A DNA stretch of 64,000 nt. It comes from Octopus sinensis. Lineage: Eukaryota. Positions 38,940 through 51,948 of the stretch are shown piece after piece. The stretch is taken from the NCBI RefSeq assembly GCF_006345805.1, contig NC_042997.1:147126001-147190000 (forward strand). Reading direction: 5' to 3'. The number at the start of each line of letters is the position of its first letter. The first letter of the stretch is position 1. A program made the position numbers and the translations under genes. The notes beneath the pieces are model-generated. The model searched no databases, was not told where the DNA came from, and saw only the letters and a list, made by a program, of their open reading frames with translations.

Positions 38940-39289
38940 GTAAGTGTGAGTGGCGAAATGGTTGAGTGAATGCTACGAATGTATTCGATCTGAGTATGCA
39001 TCTGAAGACTGTGAACAGAATTTTTTAGTTGGGGCAGTCCGGGATTTGTTTAGGGTTGGTATGGTAAACGCAACTGTGAGGACCGAAATCAACGCGTTTA
39101 CCTTCTGACCAACCCACCTCTTCTGCGCCTTTTCATGTAGCTGAGACTACTGTGCAGATTACGAAACACTTCATTCTTCAATAATGTTTCCTAAACGGAC
39201 ATCAGCCACACGTAATCTACCGCAGTAATTTCCTTTCTCATGGAGGCTAACGTAGGAGGGAAAAACTAATTACATCTTCACAATCACTT

Positions 39290-39750
39290 AACAACATCAT
39301 TATCATTATGATCACCATTACCGCTAGCTGATCTACCGCAACCATCACTAGCACATCCACTGTCGTTGTCGTCGTCATCATTTCCATTGTCGTCGTGGAG
39401 ACCATCATCATTATCGTTAACAGCACTACCACTACACACCACCATCACTGCTACCACTTCTCCATCATTCATTATCATCGCCGTCGTTGAGGTTGTCATC
39501 ATCGTAATCATCGGCATTATTATCATTAACGCCAACAGCACCGCCATTACCACCACCACCACTGTCTCCATTACTGTCGCTGTCACCATGACCACCATCA
39601 CCCATATCATTCTCATTATAAACATCATCATCACTACTACCGTCTTTACAACCATCACAGTCATCACCACTATCCTTGTCATTATCATCTGTATCATGAT
39701 GACGATCACCACCACCACCACCGCCGCCTACACCACCACCACCATCACAG
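39290..39750. repeat. Cryptic (CAT/CAC/CGT)n low-complexity tract
   Basis: Visible trinucleotide-derived sequence. Confidence 0.85.
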
Positions 39751-39893
39751 CTATGACGATAATGCTCGTTTCAGAACATTTGAGTGGATACGCCACTGAC
39801 TTTTAGTTGGAAAATAAAAATAAAAATAAAATAAAACTCCGTCTAAAACCTAGTCATATCAGTTAGTCAGTGAGACAAGCAATCAATACAACA

Positions 39894-39974
<81 letters not shown>

Positions 39975-40613
39975 AATACGTCATGGAAAACTACGTCATA
40001 GGACGTTGGTGATCTTAATTGGTTAGCTAATGACGAAGTTATGAGAGAAAAATTACTTTCATTTTCATTCAAACGACTCATCAGAATTGATAAATGGCTG
40101 GAAAATGAAATTGGATTTTCTATATCTGTGTAATGAAGTTAGTTGAAGTTAGTTTCTAATCATATGTCAGCGCTTACTCGATATCTTTACTTTTGCTGCT
40201 TGTCTATGGCAGTAGGTTAGGGTTAGTTACATAGAATATTTATCTTTCTTCTATTCCATAGTATTTTTTTTGATGTTGTTGTAATGAACTGTGTAAACAA
40301 ACGATATCGTCAAAGAACGATAATAGATAAGACAGACTTTATATATGTATAAAGTTGCTCTTATCTAGATATATGTATACAAACATTCACACGCTTATAT
40401 ATAAGTGTTTGTATAAGTGTGGGTGTATGTTTATGTATGTGTATATACACACGCACACACACACACACACACCTATATATTTATATATGCACTACTGTGT
40501 GCGTGTATCTCTCTCCTTCCTTTATATATATATATATATTATTCTTCTAAGAATATATTAACTCTCTAACCAGGAGGAACAAGTGTGTGATAATTCGTAT
40601 TAGAAATTCTGAA

Positions 40614-40722
40614 TGACGTCATATCAGCCATCCATTCATTCATTCACTCGTGAATATAAACCAATCAGGTTGTCGCTACGTGTTGAGTGGAACGACTGAA
40701 CAGTCCATTCGCTCTTATAAAA
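40614..40722 (+). promoter_or_regulatory. CRE - CCAAT - TATA-like motif series
   Basis: TGACGTCA at 40614-40621, CCAAT at 40661-40665, TATAAAA at 40716-40722. Confidence 0.25.
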
Positions 40723-40906
40723 AAAAACTGATCTTTAAAAATGAAAAAAAAAAAAAATGAAACAAAACAAATACAAACTGCAAATGTACACGCCAAAATA
40801 ATTCGATAGCATAAATGGAAGAATGGATCTGTGACTGGAAAGCTGGTTGCATATTCTATTAAATATATCACTACATGTGTGTGTGCGCGCACGTTTATGA
40901 GTGCGT

Positions 40907-40963
<57 letters not shown>

Positions 40964-41108
40964 GGTGCTCCAGCATGGCCACACTCAAATGACTGAAACA
41001 AGTATATATATATATTGTATATATATATATACACAGTTATATATTGATATGTATATTTGTATATATACACGCATATAAACATTCTTTTTAAGTACACAAG
41101 TGAATGAT

Positions 41109-41201
<93 letters not shown>

Positions 41202-41218
41202 GTCTGTATGTCTGTCTA

Positions 41219-41250
<32 letters not shown>

Positions 41251-41715
41251 TCTATATATCTATTTGTCTATCACTATTAGCCACATAGTTATCTAGTGAG
41301 TGATACATATATTCGTGTAGGTATACACATATATAACTATCCTTTATATATATATGCGTACACGTAGAGAGAGACAGCGAAAGAGAAACCGAGAGAAAGA
41401 GATGGATAGAAAATTGATAACAGACAATTCGTAAATCCTCATTTACTAAATAATCTAAAATGCTCCACATTTTATTTTCCTCTTTCACAGAGGGAAATTA
41501 ATATACGTTTATCGATGAAAACTAGTTTCCTTATCTTGATTCTTCTAAATTTGTACATATAGATTCATTCCTTCAACCAGACAATGTATTTATCATTCCA
41601 GTGACTAAGTCATTCAATCCTTCATTCACTTTACATTCACTCTTTCAAACATCACTCACACTCTCGCTGTGCCAACCATCCACACTTAATCCCAATATGT
41701 CTGTTTCTCTCTCTA

Positions 41716-41935
41716 GGGCGGCAATCTGGCAGAATCGTTAGCACAGCGGGCAAAATGCTTAGCGGCATTTCGTCCGTCTATACGTTCTGAGTTTAAATTC
41801 CACCGAGGTCGACTTTGTCCTTCATTCTTTCGAGATTGATAAAATAAGTACTTGTATAGTACTAGGGTACATATAATCGATTCCATTGCTATACTTCCTC
41901 AGAATTGCTAGCCTTGTGTCAAAATTTGAAACTAA
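41716..41935 (+). mobile_element. SINE family A
   Basis: Match to the family A consensus. Confidence 0.85.
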
Positions 41936-42010
41936 TATGTCTGTCTATGTATCAGTGTTGTGCCTGCCTCTGTCTATGTCTATTTGTCTCTCTGTCTCTG
42001 TACTAACCTA

Positions 42011-42280
42011 GAGTCATACATAGGTGAGACTTCTAGAAGCATCAATGATAGGTTCAAAGAACACCTGCAACTACATTGAAAGGAGCCAACTCTCCATCTT
42101 CTACCAACATGCTGTAGACTGCCACAAAGGATCCTTAGGGAAACTTAAGTTGAACATCGTATCAACACAAAATCCCACCGATGCAATGTTGAGACAGGTC
42201 ACAGAAGCTGTTTGTATACAGAATACAAACCTACTCTCAACCGAAAGTCCGAATGGAGTAACATCCAGATCCCATCAGAA
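42011..42280 (+). mobile_element. PLE GIY-YIG endonuclease relic
   Basis: ESYIGETSRSINDRFKEH / SIFYQHAVDCHKG...DAMLRQVTEAVCI / KPTLNRKSEW across two frameshifts. Confidence 0.8.
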
Positions 42281-43222
42281 GGACTATTCTTATAACCACC
42301 CCTCTCTCTCTCTCTCTTGTTTACTTGTAGTCCTTACATACAGGTTGCAATGCGTATGTGCAGTTAATATATACCGTATGAGCGTACGTTGTTTGATACG
42401 TACAGTTGCACTTAGGCGTTGTATCCATTCACAGTTATAACGGTGATGAGAGGAACAAACACACACCCACACATATATATATGTGTGTGCGTCTATACAA
42501 ACATATATGTGAATGTTACAACCTTCAACAAAGTAGCAGTCATGTACACAACTTGGACGGACACATGCCAGTACACGGACATACGTTCACATACACACAC
42601 ACATGTACACACTCTCACAGACACGTCTGCCCATTCTCCTAGACACTCACATACATACGTAGCACATGAGTAACAAACATACATACATACCTACGTATGG
42701 GCATACACACGTACATACGCACGTACATGTACGCACACACATACATGGGCACATGCATACGTGCGCGTATACATACGCACATGCGTACGTATGTACATAC
42801 ACACATACAAACATACATACATACATACATACATACATACATACATACATACATACATACATACATACGCCATACATACATACATACGCACAATAGTAAA
42901 CAAAAATTCTGTGATATAGAGATAAATATCTGATAATAGGTTTTCAGGTATAGTTTTGGGAGTAAGGGTCGTAATCACTTCCAGGCTTCAGCGGGGGAAG
43001 TTGAAATTTGATATTATTGTGATGAGTGTCACTCTACATCTATCCATCGCTACAGGTTTATAGCTTTATGTTTATAGTGTGTATGTGCGTGCATATACAC
43101 ACACATACATATATACATACATACATACATACATGCATACACAGGCGTATGTACGTACATGCATACATACATACATACACACATGTATGCGTACATACAC
43201 ACATATATACGTACATATATAT

Positions 43223-43443
43223 GACGAACTAACTGTTACTTTCTCAGATGCAGCACGGATTTTTGTCAGTGAACAGGTCGCGGATTTTAGCGACGAAATA
43301 TTTTGACAAATTAACTTAAATGTTGAAGTGAATCGAACGGCTTTTGTGTGTTTCTTAAATGGCTTATAACACCTTCCACGCTGCAATTGTTTTCGTTTCA
43401 GCACACGATCTCAGATGAAATTACTTGCTATGCGAGTACATCT

Positions 43444-43446
<3 letters not shown>
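43223..43446 (+). mobile_element. (TA)n-embedded PLE-like short element with a decayed hammerhead (43264-43308)
   Basis: TGTCA-GTGAACA-G-GTCGC-ggatttta-GCGAC-GAAA-tattt-TGACA; ends CTCCC-(TA)n like 9049 and 48827. Confidence 0.45.
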
Positions 43447-43486
<40 letters not shown>

Positions 43487-43655
43487 AACATATGCACAAA
43501 CACATTATTTAATGCGATCTACTGCCCTGGTACTCTGGAATTTCCTCAATGTGCCGCTGCTTCCTCAGACATGCTTAAGTGGGTTGAGCACAGCATGGAA
43601 TCTCCAGAAGATTGGTCACTGGCCACCTTAACTAAACTATTGAACTCTACATTGA

Positions 43656-43694
<39 letters not shown>

Positions 43695-44557
43695 TCACAA
43701 CACACACACACACACATTCACAACACACACACACACACAAATAGACACACAGATATGGATATAAATCCACATACATATTATAAATGCAAATATATTGCAT
43801 ACATAATATATGCACAAACGCATATTTGCATGTATGTGCATGTATAAAAATATATTAACAGAATATTCAATTATCCTTTCAGTCAATGGTCCGACCATCC
43901 ATGCGTCATCCATCCGTTAAAGGAAAAAACGTCGATACAACAATTCGGTACAACATTTACGTGATTTTTTTTTATCGCAATTTGTAAAGATGGCAGTTGC
44001 TTTTGTAAGGAAGATGGAGTTGCCTTTGTCTGTTAACTTGTTCCATTCAACACGTAGCATTCACCACCCGTCATTCGTGCAAATTCACAAATGAATGACA
44101 GACCGATATGACAACATTCTCAATTAATAATTTGAAATATCTCAAGTAAGGTGTTCTTTGATAGAGAAGCAATCGACTCTTAGGAGGAAAAATGGTACTA
44201 GTTAAAACTTCAAAAAGTACCAACAATTTTGTTGGAGATCTACTAGATGTCAACTAGATCTGTACACAATATAAAAAAGTATATACTTATGTGATAGCAT
44301 TAGCATATATTATTTTTATAACTGTATGTCTGAGTGTTAGATTGTCTCAAGATAATACTTTACAGATTTTTTGTTTCCTTATGCTACAATCTGATTCGAC
44401 TTATATACGGGTTGACTTCGTTTCAAGAGGGGTCAATTTTATTGATTTTCATTTCAGGATTTGTTAAATTAAATATCTCTAAAGCACTGAACACCACAAC
44501 CAAAGCGTACGTGTTGATTTTGATTGATTGTGAGTACGTCCCCGCACACACAAACAG

Positions 44558-44601
<44 letters not shown>

Positions 44602-44679
44602 TCTTTCTTTGCTATAGCAACAGCAATAGCCAGTTGTAATGTCACTAATGAATATACACGATATTGTCACATAAAAATA

Positions 44680-45462
44680 TGGGTACGAGGTTTCTTACAG
44701 CAGAAACATTGATCTTTTCATCAGCTTTGTAGAATTTTATATGCACTTTCTTTCTATCGGAAGCCAAAAAACCAAAAGCCATAACTTGAGCAGGAAGTTT
44801 TGTTTTGAATGTCCCCTTAACATCAGCTGTTGATTTTGCAATAAATCTGTCATTTCTGTGGTTCAGAATAGCATCGACACTGAAGATCTTTTCATCTGAA
44901 AAGATCGTTACAATAGAGGACTTTTCTTGAACCATGTAATAATTTTCTTGCACCTTTCCAATCTATTTTCCTTCAAGTGTTTTGGTGCTCTTGTGTAAGA
45001 TTTTAACCTCAAATCATATTTTACTGCATTTCTAATTGTCTTGTTGACTACCTCAAGTTCAATTGACATTTTTCTCATGGATTTGGTTGGATCCTTTAGG
45101 ACTTTGGATTTGAGAGCTTTAATAAAAGCTTTGGTACGTTTTTGTTGATTCCTCCACTTCCAGATCTCCTCATAATAGTTTTGCTCATAGTCATTCTATT
45201 CTTTATATTATAAACAGTCTTTATGAACACCCCAACTATTCTTGAAATCTCCTTTGGTGTGACGAGTGCATCAGCAAATCACACACTCTTTGACGCTTGC
45301 TTTCCTGATTACTCATATGGGCAAAAGTTTCTGAAAAGGTAAGGATAATAGTTTTAGGTATGATTATGACATCGATATATGCTCGGTTTCAAAACAATTG
45401 ACGTAGTGCCTGCTGAGAAAAAACAACTTAATATTCATTGTAAATTTTGCTTCCTCACCCTG
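44680..45462 (-). mobile_element. Tc1/mariner-superfamily transposon 5' part, maT/DD37D-like
   Basis: TA-CAGGGTGAGG terminus; ATG at 45316 (MSNQESKRQRVCD...); DPTKSMRKMSIELEV; catalytic region IFSDEKIFSVDAILNHRNDR...PAQVMAFGFLASD; truncated before the second D. Confidence 0.85.
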
Positions 45463-46168
45463 TATATATATAATGTTAGGTCACTTCAGAGCGCTGCTAA
45501 TAAATTGCAAGCAACCTGTTGCAGAATTGGTTCATTATTGACTAAATCACCACCTTTGTAACAGTGATTGCTGCAGCTCTGAAAGACAAAAAGAAAAGAA
45601 AAAGGAAAGAAAAACCCACCCTCTCCCCCGCAGAAAAAGCCCACAATGCTCTGTGTAAGGCCAAAGAAAATCTAAGTATAGATTTTCGTCCTCCCAGTGA
45701 TTTGATAAAATGTGTGAAAGCTTCGATTTTTAACTGCCTATGATGGATATATCTGTTCACTGAAAATTTGTAGCAGTTGATTGATAAATAGTAATAACAC
45801 GTATCTATGTACGATTGTAAAGCAGACGGTTCTATGGCAACTGATACCAGGACATCTAATTCCTGGACAACTCGCGTCAGATAACTCAAACCTGGACAAT
45901 TGATATCTATGACAACTGATAAATAGGACAATTCATAACAGATATAAAGTGAGGAAGGTTTAATTTTGAAAGAAATTTTGTGTTTGTCTGGTGCGTGTAT
46001 GTCTGTGTGTGCTTGTGCATGATGTGTATTGTGTGTATTTGTGTGTGTGTGTGGTGTGTGTGTGTGTGTGATATGTGTGTATGCGTGTGTGTATATGTGG
46101 CGCGTGTGTGGTGTGTTTTTGTGTGTGTGCTTGTGTATGTGTGTGAGCGTGAGTGTGATGTGTGTTGT

Positions 46169-46621
46169 GTATGCCAGTTTTACTGGATATTCCAGCGTAT
46201 ATATTTGGTATATCAGTGCTACTGTGTATGCCAGCGTATATATCTGGTATACCAGTGCTACAGGGTATGCCAGCATATATATCTGGCATACCAGTTTTAC
46301 TAGGTATGCCAGCGTATATATCTGGCGTACCACTGATACTGGGTATATTAGTGTATATATCTAGTATTCCAACGCTACAGGGTGCCAGCGTATATATCTG
46401 GTATTCCAGTGTTACTGGGTAGGCCAGTGTATATATCTAGTATTCCAGTGTTAGGTGTGCTAGCATGCATATCGTGTATACCAGTGCTACGGGGTGAGCC
46501 ACCGTATATACTGGCATACAGGTGTTACTAGATGCGCCAGCGTATATATCTGGTATACCAATGTTTCTAGGTATACCAGCATATATACCTAGTATACCAG
46601 CGTGTATAGCTGGTATACCAG
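46169..46621. repeat. 39-bp palindrome-rich minisatellite, about 11-12 units
   Basis: CCAGCGTATAT anchor at 46192, 46231, 46270, 46309; consensus GCCAGCGTATATATCTGGTATACCAGTGYTACTGGGTAT. Confidence 0.95.
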
Positions 46622-47475
46622 ATATTTATGCTTGTGTTTACCTTAATTTACCTTAATTACGGCAATATTTGTATGTATAAAATAGGCAAAATCTTGGAAT
46701 GGCTATCCCTTTTTCATGGGGAAAGAAACAGGTATAGATTTGGATAGGTGAGGTTGTAAAATTAGAAATTTTTAGAAAAATAATTCTTTTATAATCATAA
46801 TTGTCGTTGTATAAAACACAGGAATATTAAAAAAAGCTAAAAAATATAAACATGTAGGAAAAGAAATCATCCACTTCATTGTCTCTGTCCATCTCCAAGA
46901 GATAGTTATAGTTATTCCTATACTCCACCTATGTATGTATGTATGTATGTATGTATGTATGTATAAATGGATGGATGGATGGATGGATGTAGGGATGGTG
47001 TTATGTGAGGAGAATTATCATTATCTCAAAATCTAAATCGCTTATGTATGAATTGTGGTCTCGTAGTCTCGTGGTTGCTTATGTGTCGATAGTTCGGCGT
47101 CAGTTGATGCACCTCTGTAGTAATAACCAAATTTAAATAACTAAGTTTGTGAGATGCCGTCTCTAATGTTGTGCTTAATCTATTCTGAGTAGTGAATTGG
47201 AACAGAATCAGCTCTCCCAAAGCACGCTGAGTATTGTACGATATGGACGACTACATCAAACATGCAATAATCTCGATAGATTAAGTCGGTTTCCATTAAC
47301 ACCAATTGTATACTGACGAAAATTCTTGTTTGTATATATGCAATGGTGCATGCATGAGTCTACGTTATTAACATGGATATAAAACTGTACGTGTACGTGT
47401 GTGTGCGCGTGTGTATGTGTGAATGTGTGTGTGTGTGTTCGTATGAGCGTACATATAAATGTCTGTGTGTGCGTG

Positions 47476-47528
<53 letters not shown>

Positions 47529-47668
47529 ATATATGTATGTATGTATGTATACATGTGTATATATATGTATATATATGTATATATAGATTTGTGTGCGATA
47601 TCTAATCTATCTAAATATATATATTAGCTTTCTTTCTTAGTATTAATGTGTGTATGTGAATGCTTATG

Positions 47669-47752
<84 letters not shown>

Positions 47753-48504
47753 TATACACACCACACACATGTACGAGTACTTATATGCACGCGTAAATAT
47801 ACGTGTGTCTAAGTGAATACATACATAAATATATGGGAACATGCACATAAACACACACATAAACACACACACACACACGCACACACACACACATACACAT
47901 TCTCTCTCTCTCTCTCACACACATTTTTATAAGAAACTGAACCGTACTTGGAAATGACAGTCAATGTATATACAATGACATACACAGAATACACACACAC
48001 ACGCACACGTCTCTCCCCAAACATTCTCTCCATCCTCGTCTCTCTCACTCGCACTCACTCTCCCTCTCTAATATATTTCTTTATTACGTATATCGAATAT
48101 TTATTCTTTCCATAGTATTTCTTCACCAGCGGCTTATGTCGCTGCACCGAATAATTTATAATTATTATAATTATTAAGTATTTGTCGAGTACTTTCAGTG
48201 AGTTATACTCCGATTAAATTGAGTTAAAATGTGTTCTGTAGAGTCCATGTCAATCTTACTGTCACCCTTCCTCTTTCTCTCTCTCAAACACACACACTTG
48301 TATTGATAACTACCCATCTAAACGATCGTATATTTACATTGCTATCGAAGTACTTATGAACGCATAAACCGTACAAATGTTTATAGTCTTATAAACACAT
48401 CCATTGCTACATAAATACATACTTACTAGCATAAGCCTACTTATACTTATGTCTGTACACACTGACTTTGCGAATGTATGTATACTTATATTTATATATT
48501 GGTT

Positions 48505-48745
48505 TTCGCTTATTTGCTTCAGTCATTTGACTGCGGCCTTTAGTCGAACAAATCGACCCCAGGACGTATTCTTTTGTAAGCCTAGTACTTAATCTATCGA
48601 TCTCTATGGATCTAGTTTTGTTTTTCATTCGCAAAATATGCATCTTTTTAAAAGACAGTAACCGCTAAGTTACGGGGACATAAACACACCAACATCGGTT
48701 GTCAAGCAATGGTGGTGGTGGTGGGGTGGCAAACATAGACACACG

Positions 48746-48829
<84 letters not shown>

Positions 48830-49250
48830 AGAGTTTACGAAAAAAACAAAAGACGAAGACAGGTGGTGTACAAGACAAACAGATGTATTAGTATAACGTT
48901 CAGGAATAGAAAAAGTATTTTACGTTTCGAGCCTACGCTCTTCTACAGAAAGGGACACAAAAAACAAGGAGAGAAAAAAATATGTGTAGTGGCTAACGAT
49001 CTATCATGGCGACTGACTCGGACAGAAGGGTCACACACGAGAGGGAAAGTAGGGGAGATTACAAAGTAAAGATGACCCCCTCCCCATAGGACGGGCTTTT
49101 TTCAGTTTCCGTCTACCAAATCCACTCACAAAGCTTTGGTTGGCCCCAGGCTATAGTAGAAGACACTTGCTCAAGGTGTTACGAAGTGGGACTGAACCCG
49201 GAACCATGTGGTTGGTAAGCTAGCTACTTAACATATAACCGCTCCTACTT
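48505..49250 (-). mobile_element. SINE family B split by an insertion in its internal (TA)n
   Basis: 3' half at 48505-48750 and 5' half at 49090-49250. Confidence 0.85.
48827..49088 (-). mobile_element. PLE-terminal-repeat-like element with a hammerhead variant (48917-48952)
   Basis: Minus: CTTT-CTGTAGA-A-GAGC-GTAG-GCTC-GAAA-CG-T-A-AAA; homologous to 8861-9049. Confidence 0.75.
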
Positions 49251-49511
49251 ATATCCATATTTTTTGTTTTCACTCTTGTGACGATATAGGATTTCCAAAC
49301 CCTTTTATATAACGATGAATATTTATCTATTTGCGTATAAATCGTCTTGTTTTTTTTTCCAGATACATACATAATAATGACGAATATTAATAAAAACATT
49401 TGCCTGAAGCCGAGAATCAGCCACATTCTCCCCATCACAATTTCAGTGAACCATTGGCTGGCCCGTTAAAAACCTTTAACGGACGACGCTTTCGTACGCA
49501 AATATATAAAT

Positions 49512-49553
<42 letters not shown>

Positions 49554-49614
49554 CACACACACACACACACACACACACGCACGCACGCACGCACGCACGC
49601 ACACATACACACAC

Positions 49615-49653
<39 letters not shown>

Positions 49654-49787
49654 CGGAAAATGTTATCTTAATGATTGTGTTTCGACAGTTAGATTGGATT
49701 TAACATGTTTGTATAATGTGATAAATTAGCGCGCGAGCGCGTGCAAACACACACACACACACACACCACACACACACACACACACAT

Positions 49788-49819
<32 letters not shown>

Positions 49820-50090
49820 TGGCACTCCATCGGTTACGATGATGAGAGTTCCAGCTGATCCGATCAACGGAACAGCCTCTTCGTGAAATTAACGAGCAAG
49901 CGGCTGAGCATTCCACACACATGTGTACCCATAACATAGTTTTCAGGGAGATTCAGCGTGACACAGAGTGTGATAAGGCCGACCCTTTGAATTAGAAGTG
50001 CAGTTCATTTTTGCCAGCTGCATAGACTGGAGCAATGTGGAATAAAGTGTCTTGCTCAAGAACACAACCTGCTGCCGCGAATCGAACACA
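49820..50090 (-). mobile_element. SINE family C
   Basis: Minus GTTCGATTC..GTTGTGTTCTTGAGCAAGACACTTTATT..TGCTCCAGTC: B-box remnant plus a core typical of tRNA SINE superfamilies. Confidence 0.65.
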
Positions 50091-50477
50091 CACACACACA
50101 CACACACACACAATTTAATCTACACAGTATAAAGATGAGAGATACTAATAGTTTCTTGCTGTGAAGACACGTAGATAGGCAGGTTTGTATAACGGGCCTT
50201 TTGTCTCCAATGAATTCTTGTACTCTTAGAGTATAGTCTGTTGAATCTGAAAAGTTGGAATAAATAAGGTTAAGCATTTTGTCCGATGTGCTGCCAGTTT
50301 TGTCATTTGGCCGCCTTTGGGTTCAAACTTTGGCCAGCAGTTTTAGGAGTGGGCGGAGTTTAGTGGATTACATAAAGACTAATATTTCACTTGCACTTTA
50401 TTTTTATCGACCCTGAAAGGATGAAATGCAAAGTGGACTTCAACGTGAACTCAGACCGAAAAGATCTGATACAAATA

Positions 50478-50698
50478 CCTATTTCTTTATTACCCACAAG
50501 GGGCTAAACATAGAGGGGACAAACAAGGACAGACAAACTGATTAAGTCGACTACATCGACCCCAGTGCGTAACTGGTACTTAATTTATCGACCCCGAAAG
50601 TCGACCTCGGCGGAATTTGAACTTACAACGTAACGGCAGACGAAATACCGCTAAGCATTTCGCCCGGCGTGCTAACGTTTCTGCCAGCTCGCCGCCTT
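50478..50698 (-). mobile_element. SINE family A, well preserved; older copies at 50270-50460 and 50770-50975
   Basis: Reverse-complement match. Confidence 0.9.
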
Positions 50699-51912
50699 CT
50701 ATACAAATCTGATACAAATACCGCAAGGCAGTTTGTCTGATACTTTAACAAGATTGCTATGTTACCATCTTTGATTTCAATCATAGTCTCAAAGCCAGAA
50801 ATAAGTGCTGAGAGAGATAGTCGATTCTTCCGACCGTAGAACTTGACAAGTACTTTATTTTATCAACTGCCAGCGGATAAAAGGCGAATCTGAACTCGCT
50901 GGAACTTGAATTCAGAACGTAAAGAGCTGGAAGAAATATCACGATGCAGTTTTTCTGATGCTCTGGCGATTCTGTTAATATAGTTGAGTGTAGACTGCAG
51001 TCACTATAATTCCTAGAAGTACAATTCAATTATAGCTGGATATTGACCAATAATTTATATAATAAATAAATTGGACTTCATTATTTCCAATGTCTTGCAA
51101 CAGAAATAGGCACAGAAGTGCTAAACGTGGCAATTAAGAAAAATTATTAGGGTTTAATAAACATTATTGTCATTTTGGCTTGTTAGCGATTTGCCAACTA
51201 ACGCATTATAGAGAATCTTGTTTAAAAATATACATTATGTGGCGCTAGAAAATGAGATTAATTGATAATTAATTTGGTTAGTTGTGGCTCTATGTTATCA
51301 TAGGAGGCTATAACTTACTTTTAATTGATTGATTACTCATGATTATTTTTTTATAACGTCTCAAAAAGAAGAGGGATAGTTAGTGAAATTTATACAACTG
51401 ATGTTAATTTTGAACATCTGTAATTCGATGTCCATGGTAAAAAAAAAGTGTCTAACTAAATAATGTAGGAAGGTTACAATTCCGGAGTCTAAGATGTGAA
51501 TCAGCGTAGACATATAATTAACATTGAAATAATGGTTCTTTGCTTTGAGTCCTAGAATTTCATACATTTATATTACGTACTGTCAGTGGTGTATAACAGT
51601 ATAACAGCTATCGCCTGAATAGCTAATTGTTTGTTCTGAGTGAATATGAAAATATTTCTAATTTTCTCGCGTAGCGTGTTGAATGTTTTAAAATTTGGAT
51701 GGAATGTGTCTCTATTGAGATGTGATAATAAGTTCTATTGTGCGCTTCGGCTATAACATGAAAAAATATGTATATAGGCACATGGAGAATTGTTTTATAG
51801 TTTATTCCAAAATGTCCCCAGTTCAAATAGGGCGATGAAATTGATATTAGAATTATCGTTAAAAATGGTTAAAGCAGATTAAATCGTTCTGCCGCGAGGA
51901 ACAGACACAAAA

Positions 51913-51948
51913 GTTTAACGTTTCGAGTCGTGAGCTTCGTCAGAGAGA
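51913..51948 (-). ncRNA. PLE-type hammerhead core with weak stems
   Basis: Minus: CTGACGA-A-GCTCACGACTC-GAAA-CG-TT. Confidence 0.4.

Noticed and set aside
45542-46422. 263-aa ORF with 13-aa repeats
   Set aside because: Concatenates the 39-bp minisatellite and (CA)n read-through; no domain signal
46169-46621. CRISPR-like appearance of the palindromic repeats
   Set aside because: No unique spacers, no cas genes, eukaryotic context
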